This document shows, in pieces, positions 26,101 to 37,800 of a stretch of DNA of 64,000 nucleotides. A program made the position numbers and the translations under genes. The notes below the pieces were generated by a model. That model did no database searches. It saw nothing but the letters and a program-made list of their open reading frames with translations, and was not told the DNA's origin. This DNA comes from Saccostrea cucullata (lineage: Eukaryota): contig NW_026936019.1 in assembly GCF_032062105.1 (NCBI RefSeq), forward strand, positions 620,001 through 684,000, given 5' to 3'. Numbering within the stretch: position 1 is the stretch's first letter; every line of letters begins with the position of its first letter.

Positions 26101-27377
26101 ATTTCCAAAGTGATTACTGTTTTGTAGCTGGTTGGGGGAATACAGGTAAAACAAACAGATTTTTTAACTCCAGTAACTTGTTTTTGTTTTACAACAAAAA
26201 ATGTAAATTTTAAGTCTTGTTGATTTTTGAATAGTTGTCTATTTTTGAAAAGCTATGATTGTTTTTCTCTAGGATTCAAAGCATTTGAAAATATTTGTTA
26301 AAAGGCTTATTTTATTAATTATAATAGGTTCATCAGCTTCATCAAAGACCAATGTGTTACAAGAAGCAAAAATACCATTACTTGGAAATGATGTATGTAA
26401 GAGTATATACGGGCAACTAACAAGCAATATGATGTGTGGGGGATACGTGTTCGGCGGAATAGATACCTGTCAGGTATGCCAAATTGTGATCACTATAATT
26501 ATGATTGACATATTGACAGTTTTTTCTCCAATTTTAATTTTCAAAGCTTCTGGGGAATATCGATAAGATGAGAAGAAAAAACCACATGCGTCTCAAAGAA
26601 AATTTAGCTTAAGACGTATCCTAAAAAGTTAACAAGTTACCAAGTTTACATAACATTGGATAATCCTAAAGCTTCGATTGAAAATATCATAGTTCTGGGG
26701 GTTTCGGATGACCAAACTCTAGAAAGGGGGCATAAAACCGTACAAGAGAACCAACTATGACAGTGTGAAAACGTATTCAAATCAACAACAAGCTAGTATA
26801 TATATATTTTAATAATGGATGTAACAATAAACGTCAATATTGTTCATCACACCCACGATTTTCCAAACAATGCTATATAAGTATAATTTTTCGTTTAGAT
26901 AAGGATTTTGGGTATTTACACACTGCTACCTAGATAGAGTATATCGCATAGGTTTCTCAGAATTTAAAGCTATTCAGATGTACATAAATGTATATTTAAT
27001 TGCAAAATTAAGTATTGCACTGTAGTTTAAACATGTTAAATACGGAATGCATAACAAGCCCTATCTCCCTATGGCTAAACACTGAGTTGCTTTATAAATT
27101 ACAAGCACGGTATTGAATGTTGCGTTATACGGGAAGTTGATGTCAAGATTATTTTTAGGGCGATTCGGGAGGTCCATTAAGCTGTAGACGAAATGGTCGC
27201 TGGGAATTGGGCGGAGTGATCTCATGGGGTAATGGGTGTGCCCAGGTGATGAAGCCGGGTGTGTACACGAGGGCTAAGCCTTACTTACAATGGATAACAG
27301 ATACATTATTAGGGAAAACGGCACCATCGACAGCTGCTCCAGCTAGACTTCACATTAACTCACTGTTTGGTCGATGA
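20134..27377 (+). CDS. Modular trypsin-like serine protease SRCR-LDLa-SRCR-Tryp (neurotrypsin/Tequila-like), at least 544 aa, 5' end unresolved
   Basis: Exons 20134-20154, 20279-20448, 20535-20619, 20703-20768, 20919-21041, 21722-21890, 22334-22444, 25173-25243, 25350-25536, 25880-26145, 26328-26473, 27159-27377; phases consistent. SRCR ([19 protein letters not shown]), LDLa (DCSDGADE), activation site RR|IVGG, triad TAAHC / DIAL / GDSGG, Asp189 in IDTCQ. Confidence 0.92.
21103..21275 (-). mobile_element. Penelope-like (Naiad-type) 3' terminal fragment
   Basis: Well-preserved reverse complement of the family 3' module and terminus. Confidence 0.85.
22760..25158. mobile_element. Two divergently oriented Penelope-like (Naiad-type) fragments (- 22760-23745, + 23770-25158)
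   Basis: Plus strand: [53 protein letters not shown], then the 3' module. Minus strand: [10 protein letters not shown] linker-like motif, [20 protein letters not shown]. Many stops and frameshifts. Confidence 0.85.
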
Positions 27378-28019
27378 AATTTTATAAAATGTACTCACAT
27401 TTATATAAGTGTATTGTATAATTTTATATGCACATTCCTTAACAAAAGAATCTCAATAGCTGACATTTTTTCTTCATTTTAATTATTTTATTTATTGATT
27501 TTGTATTTATTGTTTTATTAAATGTATTTTGTTTCCGAAGACTTGTAATGTATACAGAGGAATTCTATATTAATTTTACCCCCAAAACCAAAAAAAGTGA
27601 AATATTCAAGAAAAAAACATCACTGGGTTGGTAGAGTGCTTGATTGAATTTACTCGTGTTAAGTTCATGTGCTCAGAGAAGGATTGTAGTATAACGGTGC
27701 TGATCAGTACGCGGAAATTCCACAGTCAAATTTAAAATAAATAAAAAAACCGAACGATTGGTATGAAATATGCAGTAAAATGCAACCAAATGCAGTTATG
27801 TTAGTTTACGAAACGCTGACTTTAACAAGTGTGTTAAAATCCCTGAAACATTAATATATCTGTCAGTTGCCTCCCTCGGTTTAAAAATTGATCATCATCA
27901 GATCATGCTCCCGAGTATCAGATAAGTTGAAATACGTGAACACCATACGCAGATGTTAGCGGTATATTAATACATGTTTATAAATACGGAGAGTTCACGA
28001 TGTGGGGGGGGGGGGGGTT

Positions 28020-30790
28020 GTGGATGTGGTTGTAATTCTGTTTGTCATATGTACCATTAAGTTGCTGGTTATCCCATATCGTTTGTGGTCAGTAAAACAT
28101 GGTGGTATCTTTCATTTCGATTTCACGGGATCCATTGAGTCGACATAAAATCGTAAGAACTATTGTTGATAGATAAAACATCGTCGAATATATGAACAGT
28201 GTGGAAAAACCACCACAAATGTTTTCTTCCTCTGCTGAGGAATAAATTCTGCTTCAAAGGAAGATGTGAAAATTTTCGAATCTCACTTTTACTGCCTAAG
28301 CAGTTAATTATGATATCTAGAAACCTTGTTTTAGTTTATCCAGAGGAATGGTTGTTTTATGTGTAGGAATTCGTACGGTTTTTTTTAACTCAATTTTGAA
28401 AAAAATTGGTAATTTTAAATTTTCTAAGTATTATTTCCTAATTTATATAGCTTCTAGAATATGCTATAGGACAATACGTCTGAATTCGAAGTTTTTCCAT
28501 AAGAACATTTATTATTTTAAGGAGTATAAAGAAAGAGGCTTGTTGGAGCATTAAGCTGGACCCATTAAAAATATTAAACTGAATTACAACGTTGAAGAAT
28601 TCTGCAAGTTGGTAATCCAACTTATACCTATAGCTTTATTTGTAAGAAAGGCATTCCAAAAAAAAACACGTCAGTTTTAAATATTTTCAATATTCCCAAT
28701 GTAAATTAATTTGAGTTACCAATACTCCATAAAATCCTTACAAACAAATCCATTAAATGTTGCTATAAAGCTTCTTTCTTGACTCCTCACAAAAATATTT
28801 AGAGAGTCGTCGGAGAAATTTGAGCGGTACATGTATTGTGCAATAGTACATTATTAGCAGACTTATTTTTGTATTCATATGAAGCAAAATTTGTTCCAAC
28901 CCTTATGCGTGAAAAGAAGAAAAGACTTGCTTGGCCTTCAACTCAACATTTAGATATATCGACGACGTATTGTCAATTAACAAAGGTTATTTCCATTCTT
29001 ATGTCGATACGATAAATCCTGGTGAGCTTGAGATAAAGGATACCACAGAGTCTGACAGATCTGTTTCATATTTGGATAAATTACTTAAAAAAGACGTTAA
29101 TCTAACAACCAAGCTTTGTAAAAAACGTGATGACTTTAACTTTTATATCTTCAACTTCCCTTACTTATGCAGCAATATACTTTCATCACCTGCATACGAA
29201 GTTTATATATCTCAGTTGATCCGATACGCAAGAGCACGCTCTATGTATGAACAATTTTTAAAACGAGGTAAATTATTGACAGAGATGATGAAACAAGAAT
29301 ATCAGCAGTCTCTTTAAAAGTCATCATTTCGTAAGTTCTATGATTCTTTGATACATTGACCTTGTCAGCAAATACAATTTTTCATTGAGCCAAATGCAGA
29401 CTAACGTTTTTCATACTAATTGTAAGGCCGTTGTTTATACTGAATTGACGAGGAATTTTCCGTTATTTCCCGAACAGGACAAGGAGCACATGGCGGGTGT
29501 GACCTGTCGGCAGGGGATGCTCACTCCACCATGGCACCTGATCTCACCTCTGATGTTTTGTAGGTCCGTGTTTGCTCTGCTCCTATATTGCATTGTTTTA
29601 TGGACTCTTGATCTTGAATACTGTTCGTTATCTACATATGTTTCATGTACTAATTGTACAATACATTGTTCAAAAGTTCATTTAGTTAGTGGTAAAAATC
29701 AGATGTGGATACTTAAAAAGTTGAAATAACGTTTATTATACATCAAACCGTATATTGGTATATTTTCAACACTTTATCATCTAGCCTTGAAAACGTCGGA
29801 TATTTCGGACTTCATTTCCCCACGATAAATTTAAGTCCAGGCATTTCTACGTCATAAACAGAAGCTTTTTCAATAAAAATGTGACATAATTGTCACTGGT
29901 CATTTGCAAAATTCTCCGTTTAAAACACTTTGAATGTACTCTGAAGTTGATATTAAAAGGTGCTTGACTTTCTCATTGACAAGATCTCTGTTGTTTTTTC
30001 GGAGGTCAGTTCTTCCAACAATATGTTGGATTTCCCTGGGTTCCAACTGGCCCCGTTATCAGGTCTATTTTTGTTTTCATACGAAACAGAATGTATTCAG
30101 AAACTTCAACATAAGAAGAAAAATTTCGCTGTGGCCTTCATCTCGACATTTCGATATATCTACGATGTATTATCAATAAACAAAAGTTACTTTCATTCAC
30201 ATGTCGACTCGATATACCCCTGTGAGCTTGAAATAAAAGATACCAAAGAGTCTGACACATCTATTTCATATTTGATTATTTTACTAGAAAACAACGATAA
30301 ACAATGTAGTATTTTTCATACTTATTTTTCCATTATTTACACACTGAATAGTCTACGATTTTTTTTTGTTTGACTGATTATGACAAGGTACACACGGTGG
30401 GTGGATGTGACAGATCGATAGGGGATGTTTACTCCTCAATGGCACATGTACAGATCTCTGATGATTTTGTACATTTTCATATTTGAATATTTTACGAGTA
30501 ATAGACGTTGATGTTTATGATAATCGAGATGACTTCCAAGTTTTTAATCGTAAAATTCCCTTACTTTTGTAGCATTGTGCCCTTATCACCTGCTTATAGG
30601 GTTTATGTCTCTCAGTTGCTTCAAAACGCAAAAGCATGCTCTATGTATGAACACATTCTAAAACGAGGTAAATTATTGACAATCAAATTAATTGTAAAAA
30701 AAGGAATATCATCTGTCTCATCACCATTCCGCAAGTTTTATAGTCGTTACATTGATCTTGTCAGTAAATACTTTCTATCATTAAGGTATG
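28020..30790 (+). mobile_element. Tandem Penelope-like (Naiad-type) fragments
   Basis: ORF 28931-29317 has the RT catalytic motif FRYIDD and thumb; 3' terminus at about 29645. A second copy starts near 29690 (NQMWILK, FRYIYD) and a third piece lies at 30480-30790. The left boundary is uncertain. Confidence 0.85.
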
Positions 30791-31819
30791 TCACTCGTCA
30801 CCTTTTAGAAAAGTTCACGCATAATCTCTTGCTTCAAAATTATTTATTAAAATTCAATTCTTATAACATATTTAAATTCAACAATGTTAATGTTTTAACA
30901 TTGTCAAAAAAAAAAGCAGCAAGATTTATCTATTTCTGTCGGAAGGATATTTAGCAGATAATTCTACAAATCTGCACATTTATTTAATTTAATATCTTGT
31001 AACTTTAGCCTCAGATACTTTTACTTGGAGAATATTTTCCGTTATGATATCACTATGAATATTTAAATAGGTCTTAATTTATATTTTTAGAACAAGTTTT
31101 ACACTTTCCTTCAGCGAACTTTGCGAAAAAATGAAGATATATCAAATAAGTCTATCTAGATAAAATTTATACCATTTTTGACCAATATTTCAAAATTAAC
31201 ATCACTGGCACAAACTTTTCTTTCATTATTTTAAAGTACTCGATACATGTGACTGATACGCACTAAAGTCGTAAAAAGCTTGATCTATGAAAATGTTTTA
31301 TTGCCTATTTAGTTTTTTAATACCCCAAATATGCTATTTTTTAGTGCAAAAAGGTCACACAATAATTTACGCGCATTAATTTGCAAGATTTGTTCAGCGA
31401 TAAATATTACACAAACTATTTTGAGTAAAATAAAATTATATTTATTGCCATGGTTACATCTGATAAAATATAATAAAGGTTAAAGTAATTTACCCAAGAG
31501 ATAAAGTTTAAGTTCAAAAAGGTCAACTTAATTGCACTGTAGATCAATAAGATGCACACTGACTATGATTTTGAGTCACACTACTTATCCAAAAATATAT
31601 ATTTAACAAATTTCAGTGACATACCTTAAGTCAAATGTGTGTGTAGGCATGACCAGTCGGCATTCATATCTTCACATTCATGCAATACTGATATAATCAA
31701 TAAAATTAAGCAACATGTTTACTTTATAAATATATTTATTTCAGTGTGTGAGGAATAAAAATCGTATATGACAAACACCCTAATTGTAAATAAATATACC
31801 ATCGTACACTTGTTCAATT

Positions 31820-34800
31820 TCAATTTTGAACAATGGTTTTTTGTATCCAGTTTAAGTAATCATACACTTTAGTGTACACCCCAGGTGACATGGGATCTGG
31901 AAAAAAGTGATGATCTTAAATCCTTTACATTAATACAAAAATGAATTATTTCCGTGAATTCATGATATCAAATATGGTAATAGACATAAAAATACGGGAA
32001 AAGTAATACTATTGTGTACCTGCACAGCCTACTCCCCATGACGTAATACCCTCTATCTGCCACTTGCCATCTATGTTACAAACCAAAGGACCACCACTAT
32101 CACCCTTTAAGAAATTTGTAGGAGATCTTCATTTTTTAAAAATAATTGACTAACAGTTCATTCGGAGTATGATTAAATAGGGCTTAATATAAATCAATTC
32201 ATTTTCTTAAATTTATAAATTATTCAAAATTCAAGCACAGAAATCTTTGGAATTTTTCAAATCTGAAATTCGACAGATTATAAAATGAAGACAGATTTGT
32301 AACTTGTGACAGATGTATCTCCAGATCAATGATCGATTAATAAAAATGACGACTTCAATGTTTTCATCGTCAACTTCCCTGGAACACGTGAAGCGATATC
32401 CCTGTTCCCTAATTACATGTTTTATGTCTCCCAGTTGATTCGATGTATACACAAGAGCATGCTCTTCATACAACTGTAAAACATTTTCTATAAGCGATAC
32501 AGTAACCTAGACAGCAATCATTAAGTCATGTGCTGAGTGACGTTTTTCATAGCCATTGTAAAGCAATCATTTACACACTGAATTCTCTGTGAATTGTTTT
32601 CCGTTTGTCGAACAAGGATCACCTAGTTGTTTTGGCGGGTGGTCAGGGGATACTCACTCCTCCATGACACCTGATCCTACACCTGTGGTCTGTGTTTGCT
32701 CTGTTTCATATTATTTCAAAGGACTTCTGAGATTGAATTATGATTATTATCTTCATGATTCTTATACAGGAAACAGCTATTTACCTGACAAGTATCTATT
32801 CCTCCTTTGTCATACCCAGCACAGATATTGGTACTGAACACCTGACCGTCCGTGTATCTAGTAGTATTGCATTTTAACACATCAATGATAGGGATTTCTG
32901 CCTGCTTTAACACATTCCGACAGCAAGTTCCTGTTTAATATATTACATGCACTCTGTTCATTTGAATTCAATTCCTTTCAATTATGCAGATAAAATGAAT
33001 TTTTCATCATTAAGTTTCTACTTTCTGTGGAAAAAAAATATGGTAGCCAACGTCCGTACAACTGCGTATAGATAAAAGTAATTTTCGTTCAATATTTTTT
33101 TTTAAACAATCTACCCATAGTATCTCCAAATCCTGTAATGTAACAGTGTTGCCCGTTGGACACAGTTCGCTTAGGTAAGCAGACGACATTGACGTAATTG
33201 TTTAACGTCACCGGAGTTTCCAATTTCAATAGAGTGATGTCATTTTCTGTGGTATCTTCATCGTAATTTTCATGGACAATAATCTTTGAAACACCCACTT
33301 CCACCTGATGCGCATCCTGTTTATTCATGTGATGATTTCCCAGCAACACGTGCCATTTCGATGGATTTCTGTCACTAGAATTCAAATCATTCTTGAAGTT
33401 ATTAATAACTACTCTTGCAAAACAATGATACATTATTGATTCTTAAAATAACGAAATGCCATTTTAATCGATTATGGTATCTAATTTGTAAACTTGAAAA
33501 TAATGATAAGTCTAAACGAGAGATCGTGTTTCTAATGCATTAAAGATCTGCTTTAATCTCTCACGTACTCTTCAAAACAGTGCCCTGCTGTCATGACCCA
33601 CTGTGGGGAGATCAGGGTACCTCCACACATGTGGTCTTTAAACCTGCCGTACTGCAGGGAGGCCTGCCAAGGCCAGCTGCCAGGGACAGCTTCTTTACCT
33701 CCAACAATTCGAGAGTTACCCAAAGTTGGCGTTATTGCTGGCACGCCACAGCTTGAAGCTGAAAGAAAGAAGGAGCTACATAAATTGACGATTTATAAAA
33801 CCTGTTGAAATTTTAGTTTAAATTGAAGATGTCTGCTTACTGCACAATACTTCGTCGTTGCCACTTGCACAGTCATTTCTTCCATCGCAGACTGAGCTTC
33901 TGTCTATACACATTCCGTCACTACATGTGAAATCATTGGGTGAGCATGTAGCTACAATTATAAGAAAACTGTTTTTATTTTGACTCTTTTCCGAAGAATA
34001 CTAGTATGTTTATCGTAAATACTTTTAGTCACAAAAAGTGATATGCAACAGAAAAACATAGAAGGAACCGATATTTTAGAAACAAGGGTATGCATCTGAA
34101 CAACTTACGAATTGGATCATGGATGCTGTATGTTATGTTGAAGCCTATCTCGGTTTCGCTTTCGTCGGAGTGAAATCGAATATAAAGATCTGAGGCTGTA
34201 GAAGTCAGCTTTTGTGGATAATTAATTCCACAATACTTTCCAATGAGCGGGGATCTAGCCAAAGGTCCATCAAGCACCTGCAGGTTGTCGTATTGGCAAG
34301 CACGATCTTTCTCCAGGTAAAAGGTCTGAAGAAAAAGCAAGACCTGCGATATACTTTTGTGATTTAAAACAATGGTAAATCTAAGAAATGTTGAAGAAGC
34401 AAAAAGTAATTACATTAAACTGGAGAGTGATGACTTTATCTGCAGGTGCCTTTATGTGCCATCTGCAGTTAAGATTATCCGGGTAATTCATTCCCAAAGT
34501 AAACTTCTCCGAATAGATGAATCCGGAAGTCCTGTTGAGGACGAGTGCTGTACTTCCATGACAAGCTTGATCCGTATTGACAGATTGTGTTGATACTGCA
34601 AAAGACATAAAGTCCAATCATATACATGTATCTTAAGTAATTTCTCTGGACAGGTATTCACTGTGACATATTTAGCCTACCATTCAATTTCACAGCTGAA
34701 TAAGTGGCTGTAAATCCAATGTCTTGTGTGCTTCCATCACTAACAAAACTGACATACATAGAATTAGTTTTTGACACAACAGGGGCAGGAAGTGTGTTGC

Positions 34801-37800
34801 CACAATTTTTGGCTATCATTCTTCCGGTTGAACTTTGTCCATCAAATGCGGTGACAGAATCAAATGGGCATTGTCGACCGCCCTCGACACCGAACTGCGT
34901 GTATGTCAGGCGTACAGCGTAACCAAAGGGTGCAAAAAATCTCCATATACATCCTGAATGGGGAGGATATTGTAGGCCAACACCAAAATTAGGAGAGGAG
35001 ATCGTGCCCGGTGTACTTCCATTGATGTAAATATCTCGGGTACAGTTCAGTCCGGCTGGTGATGGAGTAGTGTGGGAATCCACAGGAACCACGACAGACG
35101 CTACAGAAGTTAATGGATAGCTAAGATCTTATTGTAACTATATGGGTTGTGTTGGTAATATGACTAAATATAACAAATGTATAACATCCTAAATATGTAT
35201 AGATCAATGTATTTTACTTGTGGTTTTAAGGTCTCTCGTGACCATTACCGTTTGTCGCTGACCAGTGCAATAGAAATCCCATTTCCTCATTACTTCCATC
35301 GCTGATGAATTGAACAATCACGTGATTACTGGAAAGGACCATGGTGGTTGGATGTTGTGAACCGCAGTATCTTCCTTAAAATCGGAAATTGAACCAAGAC
35401 GTTTGATTTTATTGAACAGACAATGCAACAGTAAAATTTTCTCAGGAATAAAGAAAGCTTACCAACAAGATTGTTTTGATTTCCGTTATAAATTGTAACT
35501 CGGTCATAATTGCAATTTTGGCCGTCTTCTATTCCAAATTTATCGGCGAAAATCAATTTAATGTGCTAAACAGAAATAAATGATAAGCATAATTGTATTA
35601 TTAGAATTTTTACCATAAATTTTTTTGTGGACTACATAAACATGCAATTTAGAAATGAATATACATGCGTTGATGCTCCCCCATTTTGTGCGAAAAAAAA
35701 TTACAATACAATTCATTATAAATCAGAACTTTTTTTCTGGAATTGAGCATTGTTCTAGCTAGAGCATCTTCGATATAATATCTTTTAATGTGGCATGTTT
35801 TGAGTAATATTGGGTCTTTATTTGACACTAATTGTTTTATCAAGCTTTGAATCAGGGACTGTTCCAAAACAAATGAAGTATATAGAAAAAAATTTCGTCT
35901 TAAAAAACCCAACATTTTGAGATATGACACTGCTTCTACAAAATATATTAATATATTATTGAATTAGTTTTCTAGGAAATTAAACAAGCATACATGATAG
36001 TAACACCTTTCAGTATCCCCTGACGAGCTTGGTATTTTCTAAACTGAGGTTATCGTGAAAAATACAATCAAGGTTGAAACTCAGTTAATTTTTTTAAAAC
36101 GTTGAATTGCAAATTTCCAAGTTTTGTCTGTGCCTTATTTCCTAAAAACATAATGTACTTCCAAAATGTGCAGTTAATTAGATTCAAAGTTTTTGAGCTG
36201 TGCATATACTTTAAAGATTATTGGTTACCTTCTGGCCTGGGGGCATAAAACTTAGACGAGCTCACTTTTGATCTCAGTCTCACTTTTCCCAAAGGAATTT
36301 ACAGTGATAAAGTGAGACTGAAATCAAAAATAAGCTTGTCTACGTTTTATGGCCCCCAGGCCAGATAATGTAAAAACTCACCATGCCTGTAGGAACATTG
36401 ATTTCCCACCGACAGTTCATGTTACTATCGTAATTTGAAGGATAATTCAAACTATGAAAACTTCCCAGCATGCCTGTCTGTGTTTCTGGACTTCCGCATC
36501 CGGAGGAGAGAGCTGGGGAGATGGTGGTACCAGACAAACTCCCACAATTCCGTTCGTCGCTGTTATCACCACAGTCATTGTCGCCGTCACATCGCCAGAT
36601 CTGTGGGATGCACGTGTGGTCAGGGCAGGACACCTCGTCAGTCTGGCAAGCCCCTAACATTAATTTAATAACAGTATACATTAATTGTCCTAATTATCAA
36701 ACCCTTATCAAAAACAAAATGCAGGTATATCTTGAAGACATTTAAAAATTAAATTTATTCTTTTTTACCTGAGGAAATAGGATGGGCTGTACCGGATCCG
36801 GATATTGGAGTAGTGGTTGTCGTACACGTTATTTCGTCACTTCCGTCTCCGCAGTCATTATCGCCATCACAAACCCACGAGTAGTCTACACACTTGTGGT
36901 TTTGACATTGGAAATCTTGACCACCACAACTGTCTATGAGAAGTAAATGTAAGTATATAAATTTTATTATTGAAACTCTTCAAGAAACAGCAATACACTC
37001 AATTCTGTATTAAAATTTAGGATGAAACCCTATTTATGTGTTAAGTGTAAATTTTATGCTTTTTGGAGAGATTGAAGACTTCATTATCCATTTTTTGCCG
37101 TTCAAAATAATACAAGATGTATATATGTGAGCACTGAGTTCACAAAATGATACCCCTGCGCTCTCACATAAAAGTACTACAGTAAAGTCTATACTTGCTA
37201 TTAGAACCCCTCAAATATCTGTCAGTACAGGACATAAAAAAGAAGTTGCACAATGGCACATATGATGAAGATTTTGTGAACGTTTGTTAAATTTTACTCA
37301 GTGGAAAATGTGTAGAATTTGCAGATATAGATAACTGCATGTGTCTAAATATGCTTATGTAAACCCCAAACATTTCTCTCCTATCGAAATGAAAAATTGG
37401 AAATGCATAATGGCACAATGTTAAAAATATTGTTTTAAAGTCATATGAAATTTTTCAGTAATAAAGGAAAAGTTGCTGATAAGAAATGGGTACCTCCAAA
37501 TGGCCCAAATTCTATAGAGAGATTAGCAGTGTGTATGTTTTGCTAGGGAAACCCACATTGTACGATAGACACCAAGAGAAATGGAGATTTTGTGAAAGAA
37601 GGATATGGAGATAACGAACAGTATTCAATATAAAAGTCCATAAACAATACAAAATAGGAGCAGAGCAAACACGGACCTCCGAAACATCAGAGGTGGAATC
37701 AGGTGCCATGGAGGAGTGAGCATCCCCTGCTGACCGGTCACACCTGCTCCTTGTCATGATCGGGAAATAACGGGAAAATCTGTCGTCAATTCAGTGTATA

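Noticed and set aside
28931-29317. Functional reverse transcriptase gene
   Set aside because: Only a fragment between stops and frameshifts. No intact element exists in the window.
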